DNA of 37,011 nt from Eubacteriales bacterium. GTDB lineage: Bacteria; Bacillota; Clostridia; Oscillospirales; CAG-272. Below the pieces are notes generated by a model, which made no database searches, was not told the origin of the DNA, and saw nothing but the letters and a program-made list of their open reading frames with translations. Location: positions 1 to 37,011 of the forward strand of contig JAZOOM010000106.1 in assembly GCA_045655025.1 (NCBI GenBank), in the 5' to 3' direction. Position 1 is the first letter of the stretch. Each line of letters starts with the position of its first letter. Shown in pieces: positions 17,451 to 25,931 of the stretch. Both the position numbers and the translations under genes were made by a program.

Positions 17451-19619
17451 TTATGAATATCGCCCGTAAATCCCGCTGTACTGCGCGAAGGCTTCATCCT
17501 GACAGCGGCTCAGCTCGCAGGCCTCCTGCCAACGGCGCACCGTCGCACGGAAATCGTTTCGTGTGGCGGTATCCATTACCGAGATAACAGATTGGCCCCA
17601 CGCCTTATCCTCATAGGCCGCTCCGCGAAGGGCATCTGCCCACAAATTCGTCCTGTCCGCCAGCTCGCGAGCAGTCCGACTCTCAACGGCCCTCGCGCGA
17701 ATTCGATCCCGTAGCGCCGCCGTTCCGAGAGATAGCCGATGGAGAGAATCCCACAACTCGGCACAGACGAGTGTGTCAGCCTTTTCCGCCAAACAGGCGC
17801 GGATTGCATCCCACCGATCATCCTCCATACACCCGTCGCAAATCCGTTGCCAATCCAAAGCAAAGAAACCTTCCCCGCTTCGGGTATCCAATCTGAACAA
17901 CCGCTCACGCTCGGCCGTGTAGGCGGCATGGAGACGACGGTACCGCGCGGTGTCCTCCTCCCAATCGGTTTGCAAGCAGGCCAACAGAGGAGGAAGCGCA
18001 TCCCTCAACCCCTTCGCGAACGGGCGAGTGCTTTCCAAGCCCACGCGGCCGCAAATCCAATCGCTACCCTGACTTTGCAGGATATCCAGGCTATCCACCA
18101 GTACACGCTCCAACGAGTCTACTGTATTCTGCCGCGAAACCAGCATATCCGCCAAACGGCTGTTCATCTCAAGACACGCGGCATACGCGCGCTGTCCGGG
18201 ATCGGAATCCCCCTCATCATCACTTCCCTGATAAAGTGTCCGCATGACAGGACGCAGGGTGACCCAATGCTCCGAAAGTATTTCCCGCAGCATCTGCCGA
18301 TTCTCCCGAATCCGCGCTCGATCCCCGTCATTCTCTTGATCGTACTTACGAAACGTGTGGTACAAAAGCTCCCATTCGATACGCTTGTACCCCGGGACCC
18401 CCTCGGGAGGCAACACGGTAGACAAGGGGCCTCGTCGTTCAAGCATCTCGGTTACCGTGGTACGAATCGCGTCACTGACGCGAACGGATAGTCCCACACT
18501 TCGCTTCAATAATCGATCAAGATAGCTTTGCTCGATCTCGACACGCGTCCCCAAAGACGGTCGATGGTGGCTGTCATACCCCTCGGGCAAAAGCGCGATC
18601 AGTTTTTCCAACTCTGCCAAGCGGGCACAGCAATGGCTGCGGAACACCTCATAGGAAGCGCTACCGGTCATAAACGCAACCGCACCCGACGCGGCGGAGC
18701 GTTCTCGCGCACGTCCCGCAAAAAATTTTGTCGCTCTCTCTGAAAATTCAAAATCATGGATGCTATCCGTAATGAGTCGAACCAAATATTCCTCTAAACG
18801 CATCCGATACCGCCAAAGCATCCCCGGAGACTCTTGTAAGGAACGACCCTCTACAGCATTTAACGTAAAAACGCCTTCAGACAAAAGGATCAATGCAAAA
18901 GGTTCAGGATGATGGATCTCCTTCCGCTCGTACCGCAAGCGCAGCGGAATATCCGCGGGTGTAGCCTCATTCCACAGAACAGACATTCCATGCTCGTCCA
19001 ACAGGTACACGTGGAAATTCCCGGCAGCAAACATGTCCACCACGTACGTGTCAGATTCAGAAGCAAAGAAACGACAGACACCCATGGACACGGAGAAAAA
19101 AGCCGGGTCAATCTCATCAGCTCCCCGAGCCTCGGCCAAGCGCTCTCGGAACGCGGCCAAATTCTGGTTCAAAGCCGCCTGCAAAAGAAGACAAGTCTGT
19201 TCTACGGAAGCCCCCTTGGCAGAACCGCCCAAGGTTTGCAAGGCGGTCACTTCAGCCAACGCGGCACAGAAACGGGAAACCGTATTCTCGGGATTGATCT
19301 TGTTCTGCCCAAATGCCATACGCAAAGCGGCACGGTTCTCCTCGCTATTCTCCACAAGATCGGCGAACAAACCGGTCATCAATCCATCCGCGCCCTCCAT
19401 CGGCATTTTCAAAACAGGCGAACCGTGGTCATCCCGCGCTTCAAAACCATTGGCAGCAATCAAGAACGTCCCCGTAGCCAAAGGACAGGCATCCGAGATC
19501 ATACCAAAGGCTTCAGGATTCTCCGCCAAAAATGACATATCCCCGCGCAGGCCATCCCGATCCTCACCACCGGGTATCTCTCCCGGATCTTGCGCGAGAA
19601 TTCGCTCGATCTGTTCCAT
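17451..19619 (-). CDS. Hypothetical cytoplasmic protein, 722 aa; possible degenerate PP2C-like N-terminal half plus Arg/Trp/Asp-rich helical C-terminal half
   Basis: Long ORF in coding-like composition. The ATG at 19619 lies 8 nt after AAGGAG. It has its own promoter and a downstream hairpin. No signal peptide or TM segment is visible, and I recognise no confident family. Confidence 0.75.
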   Translation of the reverse strand: MEQIERILAQDPGEIPGGEDRDGLRGDMSFLAENPEAFGMISDACPLATGTFLIAANGFEARDDHGSPVLKMPMEGADGLMTGLFADLVENSEENRAALRMAFGQNKINPENTVSRFCAALAEVTALQTLGGSAKGASVEQTCLLLQAALNQNLAAFRERLAEARGADEIDPAFFSVSMGVCRFFASESDTYVVDMFAAGNFHVYLLDEHGMSVLWNEATPADIPLRLRYERKEIHHPEPFALILLSEGVFTLNAVEGRSLQESPGMLWRYRMRLEEYLVRLITDSIHDFEFSERATKFFAGRARERSAASGAVAFMTGSASYEVFRSHCCARLAELEKLIALLPEGYDSHHRPSLGTRVEIEQSYLDRLLKRSVGLSVRVSDAIRTTVTEMLERRGPLSTVLPPEGVPGYKRIEWELLYHTFRKYDQENDGDRARIRENRQMLREILSEHWVTLRPVMRTLYQGSDDEGDSDPGQRAYAACLEMNSRLADMLVSRQNTVDSLERVLVDSLDILQSQGSDWICGRVGLESTRPFAKGLRDALPPLLACLQTDWEEDTARYRRLHAAYTAERERLFRLDTRSGEGFFALDWQRICDGCMEDDRWDAIRACLAEKADTLVCAELWDSLHRLSLGTAALRDRIRARAVESRTARELADRTNLWADALRGAAYEDKAWGQSVISVMDTATRNDFRATVRRWQEACELSRCQDEAFAQYSGIYGRYS

Positions 19620-19680
19620 TCGGATTTCTCCTTTCCCGAAACTCCCATCCGGAGTCCACATGTATTTTTACATTATTATC

Positions 19681-19709
19681 ATTATAGCACAAAGACATTT
19701 GTTTGTCAA
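19681..19709 (-). promoter_or_regulatory. Sigma-A type promoter of the 722-aa gene
   Basis: Minus strand reads TTGACAaacaaatgtctttgTGcTATAAT (17-nt spacer, extended -10). It shares CTTTGTGCTATA with the infC promoter. Confidence 0.65.
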
Positions 19710-19819
19710 CCGTAGCCCCCCGTATTGTTCCCTCTCCCCCTCAAAAAAGCACGCGCCCATCAAATCGCAAAGCGCCCGATTTTACATTTTAAATTTTTTT
19801 ATTTTTTTCAAAAAACCTA

Positions 19820-19848
19820 TTGACAAATCCGACGAGATATGCTATAAT
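19820..19848 (+). promoter_or_regulatory. Sigma-A type promoter of tRNA-Glu with an A/T-rich UP-like region upstream
   Basis: TTGACAaatccgacgagataTGcTATAAT with a 17-nt spacer, about 19 nt upstream of the tRNA 5' end. It is preceded by an A/T-rich run at roughly 19780-19818. Confidence 0.75.
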
Positions 19849-19867
19849 ATGCAAGTCGTCAAGGCAC

Positions 19868-19942
19868 GGCCCATTGGTCAAGCGGTTAAGACGCTAGCCT
19901 CTCACGCTGGAAACTCGGGTTCGATTCCCGGATGGGTCACCA
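19868..19942 (+). tRNA. tRNA-Glu (anticodon CUC), CCA encoded
   Basis: Manual cloverleaf. Acceptor stem GGCCCAT/ATGGGTC, D-loop AGCGGTTAA, anticodon stem CTAGC/GCTGG with loop CT-CTC-AC, T-arm TCGGG-TTCGATT-CCCGG, discriminator A plus CCA. Confidence 0.88.
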
Positions 19943-19945
19943 CTA

Positions 19946-19990
19946 ACAACCTAAATCGAATGATTCGGTTTAGGTTGTTTTTCTTTTTGT
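19946..19990 (+). terminator. Rho-independent terminator of tRNA-Glu
   Basis: AACAACCTAAATCGAA-TGA-TTCGGTTTAGGTTGTT is followed by TTTCTTTTTG. Confidence 0.85.
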
Positions 19991-20085
19991 CTCAAAGCGT
20001 TTTCAGATGGTGATCGTAAGCCGTATATTCTTCCGTCTCAGCTCATACGAGTTCTGGATATGCGCCGGTATAGTCGTTTCCCTGT

Positions 20086-20119
20086 CACAAACAGAAAGGC
20101 CCTGACCCTCGTCAGGACC
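20086..20119 (-). terminator. Candidate terminator for the GH2 gene
   Basis: Minus strand GGTCCTGAC-GAGG-GTCAGGGCC is followed by TTTCTGTTTGTG, about 130 nt after the GH2 stop. Confidence 0.45.
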
Positions 20120-20191
20120 CGTCTGTAAGGGGCTATTAAAGTAGATGTGGATCTTACGATTCATTTTCACCGTCTTACGGATACTGATTCC

Positions 20192-20244
20192 CCATGGAGA
20201 ACCGTGACGTGCTTTTACGCTCGGTTCTCCATGGCGTTTTTTCG
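20192..20244 (+). terminator. Plus-strand-oriented intrinsic terminator with no annotated plus-strand gene upstream
   Basis: Perfect 13-bp arms CCATGGAGAACCG (20192-20204) and CGGTTCTCCATGG (20222-20234) are followed by CGTTTTTTCG. On the minus strand the hairpin is followed by GGGAATCAG, with no U-tract. Confidence 0.6.
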
Positions 20245-20247
20245 CCA

Positions 20248-23200
20248 TTACGGCTCGGAGCTACTGAAGTCATAAGCCACAATCGCATCGCCGAGAACGG
20301 CGTTGGGATTCAAGGCCAAGACCTCCGAGGCATCCAGCGCACGGGAATAGATCTGGATCCCCGCCAGCAAGCCTCGCAAGGTTCTTCCCTGCTGTTGATC
20401 AATGCCCACGCCCGGTGCAAAGCGGTTGGAATTCACCTTATTGGTGTGGGCGCGCTCCGACACAAGAACACCGTCAATGTAAAGCTTCATGCCCTCGCTG
20501 TCACGAACCGCCGTGATGTGGATCCAGCGTTTTGCGGTCACCTTTGTGGTAACAGACACCCAAGCGCCGTCGTGAACGAAGAACTGCAGATCTCCGCTGT
20601 TGTTGGTCTTCACCGATACCTGCGTATCGCCCTTGGCGAAGATGACGTTATGGCTGTTCGTGTCGGCCAGATTGACCCAAACCGAGATGGTAAACTCGGA
20701 GGTTCCGGACAGGGTCTTGTTGATCGTGCCATCCTCGTCGGGGATGGGGAAATTGCCGCTGAAGATGTAGCCCGAGGGAGAGTCCTTGTCCGCGAAGACC
20801 ACGCTGTTCTCGGCGGTGGTATCATGGTCGTTCCCCGTCAGATCCTTTACGGTGATATCCTGTCCCTTCTGGGTCTCCAGATAAGTAAGTATGCTATAGG
20901 ATGTCACAAGTGCCTTCTGTGCCTCGGTCAGGGCGTCGTAGGCGGCTCGCACCTCCTTCAAATTGGTCTGATCAAACAGAAGCTCACGAATAGCCGTATC
21001 CACACGCTCCGCCATCATGGCGTCGATCTCGGCGTCACCGCGGGATACACTGTCTCTCCACAGGCGGGACAGATCCGTCAAGGCCGAGGTGTCGGCGCCC
21101 TTGGCAAAGGGCACGAGGGTCACACGGAAGGTCAGGGTCTCCCCGACGGGTATCCGATACTGGGGCAGGGTTTCAGGGCCGTTGGAGGAGCCCGTGCCAC
21201 GGGACATATACGAAAGCGTCAGATACGTGAAGGACGGATCATCGGGCAGTCGATAGGTAAAATTACTGCGTTCTATGTCACTCACCGAGAAATGCAGTGC
21301 CTGAGCCTCCATGGAATCCGCCACGGCCATAAGACCGGTATTCATGTCCTTGGAGGTCAAGGCGTACCAGCGCACACCCATCCTATTTCCGCAATCCTGG
21401 GGCTTACCGAAAGGATAGAAGTTATCGGTCACGGTAGAGGTATACACACCGGGTATACTTCCGCGCATACGGTCCACGAAGCCGTCGTGCTCACCGTATC
21501 CATACCAAGTCGCCTGCTCGTAAGAGGCGGGCAGGGTCAGAACCAAGCCGTAACGAGACATCTCACCCGCAGAAGCATCGGCATCCAGCGTGGCCTCGAT
21601 TCCAATTTCTCCGCTACCGTACACGGTGTAGCGAACGGTCTGAATGGAGCTACCCGCGTTCTTGACGGGCATCACGGCGACGATCTCCACGCTCTTTTTG
21701 TCTTCGGAGACCGCAAAGGTCACGGATGTCGCCGTACCCACGGCGGCGGTCTTCCAGTAATCGCTTCGGTCACCGGAGATAGTCGCACGGTGATAGGTGG
21801 GGGTCAGGGGCTTGCTCAGAATGCTTTCGTTTTGATACGTATAGGAAGCCAGCGCGCCGTCCTTTTTGGTGAAGCGGGCCTCAAAGTCGGTTCCCTTGAC
21901 CACGATGGCATCGCCGTCCTCGGTGACGGTAACAGCCGTCATGGCGTTTCGGTCAGCAGACACGTGGGTCACCTCTACGGGGAGATCAAAGGACTCATGG
22001 GCGACCGCGTAGCCCGCGGAGGCCCATTCGGTGTCCGCCTTGAGCTTGGCGTACAGCACCAACGCGAACTCGTCGTCGGCTGCGATGGAATCGGGGAGCT
22101 TGTACGGAACCGTCACCTCCACGGTCTTGCCGGGAGCGCAGGAGACAGCCAGATCACCGCTGTCGATGACTACGCCGTTTCGTCTCAACTCGTAGGAAAG
22201 GGCATAAGCCGACAGATCCGTATATTTATACTCATTGTAAACTTGGATCTTACCTGCCTTCAGGCCCTGCACGTCCGAGGTGAACCAGACGCTCTGGTAC
22301 ACGTACTTGACCTCATAGGCCTCAGGCTGGAGGGTTCTGTCGGGGAAAACGATGCCTTCGTGACAACCATCTTTGTCATTCTCCCAACCGCCCCACGCGC
22401 CGTCGTAGCCGTAGTAGTAGCCGGTACCCAGATAGTCGTTCTGTGTGCCGGGCACGGGAGTATAGATAGTCTGATCCACAAAGTCCCAGATGTATCCGCC
22501 CAGTACGTTATCGTAGGCACGGATGGCCTCCCAGTACTCGTAGAGATGGCCGGTGGAGTTGCCCCGGCTGTGGGCGTACTCGTTCAGAAGCCAAGGCATA
22601 CGGTTGGCGGCCTTACCCTTTTCCACTACGTAGCTGATGTCGCTGTACATATTGCAGGCCAGATCCTCGCCGCCGCCAAAGCCGCAGAGGGTGGTCATGC
22701 GGGTGGGATCCAGAGCGCGGGTCTCGGCGGCCATATCCTTGAATACCTGAGAGCCGTGTACCTCGTTGCCCAGAGACCAGATCAGCACCGAAGTGCGGTT
22801 CTTCTCCAGCTCCACCATGGACAGCATACGATTCTTCAGCATATCGCGGAAATAGGTCTCGTTCTCCTCCGCGCTGATGCCCCAGTGGGACTCGATGTTG
22901 GCCTCAGACATAACGATGATGCCGTAGCGGTCGCAGAGGTAATACATATACTTGTCGTTGGGATAATGGGAGGTACGCAGAGCATTGATATTGAGCTGCT
23001 TCATAATCTCCACGTCCTTTTGGTAGAGCTCATGGGACACGTATTTACCCGTGGCGCCGTCGTTGTCGTGGCGGTTCACGCCCTTCAGAAGGATCTTCTT
23101 GCCGTTGAGCAGAACGTCACCGTAGGAATCGTTGGGGCGGTCTCCCACGGTAGGGGTAAACTCCAGCTCGCGGAAGCCCAGCTGCTGGGCCATACTGCCG

Positions 23201-24582
23201 TAGTAAGCACCGTCCGCGCCGTAGAGGGAGATCACAAGGGTGTAGAGGTAGGGATCCTCATCCGACCACAGGTGGGGGCTCTTGACCAAACGGGACATAT
23301 CCAGCACCGCGGTCTCCCCCGAGGCGAGGGCAGCAGACATGGAGGCCGTCAGGGGATCATCGGCAAAGAGGTTCTTTCCCGTGTGATCCAGCAGGGCTAC
23401 GTCTACCCAAAAGTCGGCGGGGATCTCACCCGTAGTCTTGTTCAGAAGATCCACCGAGACAGACAGGGTAGCGTCGGTGTAGGTCTTATCCAGATCCGTG
23501 GTGACGGTGTAATCGTACAACTGGACGCAGGGGGTGGAATACAGCCAGACGTCACGGAAAATGCCCGCCAGACGGAACATATCCTGATTCTCGAAGTAAC
23601 TGCCGTCGCACCAGCGCAGGACCATGACGGCCAGCAGGTTTTCGGAGCCGTCCTTATTCAGGTAGGGGGTCAGATCGAACTCCGCAAGATCGTAGCTGCT
23701 CTCGGCATAGCCCACCTCATAGCCGTTGACCCATACGTAGTAACAGCTCTCCACACCGCCAAATGCTATGTAGACCGAGCGGTCCGACTCCAGCCAGCGC
23801 TCGTCCACCGTAAAGGTGGTGCGGTAGAAGCCCACGGGATTGAGACCCGTCGGAGCCTCGGGGATCTCCGCTTTGTTCTCGTCAAAGTGACTCCACGGAT
23901 AGATCGTATTGGAGTAGATCGGGAAATCGAAGCCCTGAGTCTGCCAGGAGGCGGGCAGGGTCACTTCCTTGAAGCCGCCGTAGTATGCCTTTTTCTCGTC
24001 ACCGACGGTGTGCTTCCCGCTGTATTTCGGAGCCGCACCCATATCGTAATCGGGCTTATGGAAGGCTCCGTATACCCCCGCTGACTTGGCCTTGTCCAGA
24101 TTCTTATAGACCGCCAGCTGCCAGGGCTTCCCTTCCCCGGTCAGGAGTTGATAATAGTTGGATTTTGCGTAGTCATAGTTCACGGCACCCAGTCTCGCGG
24201 CCTCCGCAGACTGGTAGAACAGGGTCTCGGAGGAATGGGGGGCCATGCGGTTGGCGTAGAACACCTCGGTCTGACGCACGTTGGTCCCGTCAATGGAGGG
24301 AGACAAGGTTCCTGTCCACTCGTTCCCCGTAAAGATCTTGTCCCCTGCCTGATGGGCGGTGGTGACGGTATAGGGCAGGGCTACCGTTTGGTCGGGCAGC
24401 TCCGGAGGCTGTGTATCAGCCTCTGTCTGGGCATCGGTGGTATCGGGCTGCCCGTTCGTCATCTCGTTCGTGATCTCGTTCGTAATCTCGTCTGTTGTCT
24501 CTGTCGGAGGCACACTCGGACGGCATCCCGCTAACATCAGGATTGCCATCAAAAGGACACCGATAGTCATACGTTTTTTCAT
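20248..24582 (-). CDS. GH2 beta-galactosidase-like lipoprotein with C-terminal LamG/concanavalin-like domain (1444 aa)
   Basis: Lipobox LMLAGC. LacZ-like blocks GVNRHDNDG...LRTSHYPND, IWSLGNEV (acid/base), LLNEYAHSRGNS (nucleophile) and GGYIWDFVDQ. The C-terminus FTISVWVNL...WIHITAVRD...KLYIDGVLV is LamG-like. Confidence 0.9.
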   Translation of the reverse strand: MKKRMTIGVLLMAILMLAGCRPSVPPTETTDEITNEITNEMTNGQPDTTDAQTEADTQPPELPDQTVALPYTVTTAHQAGDKIFTGNEWTGTLSPSIDGTNVRQTEVFYANRMAPHSSETLFYQSAEAARLGAVNYDYAKSNYYQLLTGEGKPWQLAVYKNLDKAKSAGVYGAFHKPDYDMGAAPKYSGKHTVGDEKKAYYGGFKEVTLPASWQTQGFDFPIYSNTIYPWSHFDENKAEIPEAPTGLNPVGFYRTTFTVDERWLESDRSVYIAFGGVESCYYVWVNGYEVGYAESSYDLAEFDLTPYLNKDGSENLLAVMVLRWCDGSYFENQDMFRLAGIFRDVWLYSTPCVQLYDYTVTTDLDKTYTDATLSVSVDLLNKTTGEIPADFWVDVALLDHTGKNLFADDPLTASMSAALASGETAVLDMSRLVKSPHLWSDEDPYLYTLVISLYGADGAYYGSMAQQLGFRELEFTPTVGDRPNDSYGDVLLNGKKILLKGVNRHDNDGATGKYVSHELYQKDVEIMKQLNINALRTSHYPNDKYMYYLCDRYGIIVMSEANIESHWGISAEENETYFRDMLKNRMLSMVELEKNRTSVLIWSLGNEVHGSQVFKDMAAETRALDPTRMTTLCGFGGGEDLACNMYSDISYVVEKGKAANRMPWLLNEYAHSRGNSTGHLYEYWEAIRAYDNVLGGYIWDFVDQTIYTPVPGTQNDYLGTGYYYGYDGAWGGWENDKDGCHEGIVFPDRTLQPEAYEVKYVYQSVWFTSDVQGLKAGKIQVYNEYKYTDLSAYALSYELRRNGVVIDSGDLAVSCAPGKTVEVTVPYKLPDSIAADDEFALVLYAKLKADTEWASAGYAVAHESFDLPVEVTHVSADRNAMTAVTVTEDGDAIVVKGTDFEARFTKKDGALASYTYQNESILSKPLTPTYHRATISGDRSDYWKTAAVGTATSVTFAVSEDKKSVEIVAVMPVKNAGSSIQTVRYTVYGSGEIGIEATLDADASAGEMSRYGLVLTLPASYEQATWYGYGEHDGFVDRMRGSIPGVYTSTVTDNFYPFGKPQDCGNRMGVRWYALTSKDMNTGLMAVADSMEAQALHFSVSDIERSNFTYRLPDDPSFTYLTLSYMSRGTGSSNGPETLPQYRIPVGETLTFRVTLVPFAKGADTSALTDLSRLWRDSVSRGDAEIDAMMAERVDTAIRELLFDQTNLKEVRAAYDALTEAQKALVTSYSILTYLETQKGQDITVKDLTGNDHDTTAENSVVFADKDSPSGYIFSGNFPIPDEDGTINKTLSGTSEFTISVWVNLADTNSHNVIFAKGDTQVSVKTNNSGDLQFFVHDGAWVSVTTKVTAKRWIHITAVRDSEGMKLYIDGVLVSERAHTNKVNSNRFAPGVGIDQQQGRTLRGLLAGIQIYSRALDASEVLALNPNAVLGDAIVAYDFSSSEP

Positions 24583-24689
24583 GCTTTGCTTCTTCCTTTC
24601 TGCTGCCTTATAAAGTACCCAAGGGAACCTCTGAAAATCGTTTCCGGCATACGATCCTGCACTTCATGGATCTACCGTTTTGCAAATCG

Positions 24690-25778
24690 TTATCGCTCCA
24701 GCTCCCAAACCGCCTGCATGATTACAGCAGGCCGATCCGCTCGCTCTCTGGCGTAGAATACCGTAAGAATATCCCCATTGAGAAGCTCCACCGAGGCGGG
24801 ATATCCCAAGTCATGATGAACGCCATTAACATACAGATCGTGATCCGTATCCCACGTGCGTCCCCAGTCGCGGCTGATCATGACCTTGATGCCGTAGGGA
24901 GGCTGGCGGTATCCGTAGGTGGAGATGAGAGTCCCGTCGCAAAGCTTCAGCAGATGGGGCGGAGAACCGCCCTGATCGGCCAGAAGGGGCCGCGGAGCGG
25001 AGAAGGATCGCCCTCCGTCGCAGGATTCGGATTGGTAGACCGTGAAGAGGCCTTGCCCCTGTACGCGAATGTGGACCAGAATACGTCCGTCCTCAAGGAC
25101 GATGGCATGGGGCTCGTGGCTGTCCAGATGGGGAATATCGGGGATCTCCCCCAGCATCTCGCTGTTTCCGTCGGGGGACAGGCGAAACGCCGCCAAATGA
25201 CGGTCGGGTGAGTGGGGGTGGCCGAAGAATCGACCTACGTAAAGGATATCCCCCTCCTGCGTCAGAGTGGGTCCGTGAGGGGAGGAGACGGGACACCGCA
25301 GAACATCCCCGAAGGTCTTACCGCCGTCATGGCTGATGATGAAGGTAGACCCCAGATAGGCGGCCTCGGCCGATTCGCCGTCCAGCACATCCAGATAGCC
25401 GTCTATGTAGGGATTGTTGCCGTCGTTCCGCTCGGCGGTCTCCCAGTAGCCCCGATTAAAGGCGCGCTGGGTCTCCTTGGAGTTATTGAAGCTGGTGACG
25501 AGCAGACTTCTTTCCCCGAAGGGGAGGATCCCCGCGTCGCGGTCATCCAGCGGTGTGTCCATGACGACGGCAGGACGGCTCCAGGAAGCCCCCTCGTCAT
25601 CGCTGACACACATGACCACCTTCCCGAAGGGACAGATATGCCGATACCGAAATCCCGAAGCCACCATGGCCAGTCGTCCGTCCTGCAAACGAGCCACCGA
25701 GGGCCACGCAAAATAACCGTTTGCGGGATTGGTTGGATTGGAGCAAATAACCTTAGTTTCTTTTACAGTCAGTTTCAT
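24690..25778 (-). CDS. BNR/Asp-box beta-propeller protein (sialidase-like fold), no signal peptide
   Basis: Four Asp-box-like motifs: SDDEGASW, SHDGGKTF, SCDGGRSF, SRDWGRTW. The ATG at 25778 (MKLTVKE) lies 8 nt after AGGAG. Confidence 0.8.
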   Translation of the reverse strand: MKLTVKETKVICSNPTNPANGYFAWPSVARLQDGRLAMVASGFRYRHICPFGKVVMCVSDDEGASWSRPAVVMDTPLDDRDAGILPFGERSLLVTSFNNSKETQRAFNRGYWETAERNDGNNPYIDGYLDVLDGESAEAAYLGSTFIISHDGGKTFGDVLRCPVSSPHGPTLTQEGDILYVGRFFGHPHSPDRHLAAFRLSPDGNSEMLGEIPDIPHLDSHEPHAIVLEDGRILVHIRVQGQGLFTVYQSESCDGGRSFSAPRPLLADQGGSPPHLLKLCDGTLISTYGYRQPPYGIKVMISRDWGRTWDTDHDLYVNGVHHDLGYPASVELLNGDILTVFYARERADRPAVIMQAVWELER

Positions 25779-25931
25779 GAGCGTATCTCCTTTGCGGATC
25801 ATCCAAGCAGTTCGCCGTAGCGGACTTTGGTAATTTTGGTGCTGTTCAGGCAGATCCCGGTTCCGTTGCTGTGATAGTAGGCAACCAGAAATCCGTCGGC
25901 AACCTCCAGAATAGGGGAGCCGGTACGTACG

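Noticed and set aside
20186-20197. GATTCCCCATGG resembles the tRNA-Glu 3' segment GATTCCCGGATGG (19924-19936), so it could be an att-like direct repeat marking an island boundary.
   Set aside because: The match is 7 contiguous nt plus ATGG across a gap, inside a terminator stem and about 260 nt from the tRNA. No integrase is present, so this is consistent with chance.
19991-20247. Tried to identify the non-coding stretch as 6S RNA, SRP RNA or a riboswitch.
   Set aside because: I found no SRP domain-IV motif, no convincing 6S-type end-to-end helix with a central bubble, and no downstream plus-strand gene for a riboswitch. It is kept only as an unclassified sRNA/3'-UTR candidate.
20003-20248. 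81-aa minus-strand ORF whose ATG overlaps the GH2 stop as TAATG, which suggests translational coupling.
   Set aside because: It runs straight through two terminator hairpins and a lower-GC region, and the highly basic sequence has no motif. It is more parsimoniously non-coding 3' UTR or sRNA DNA.
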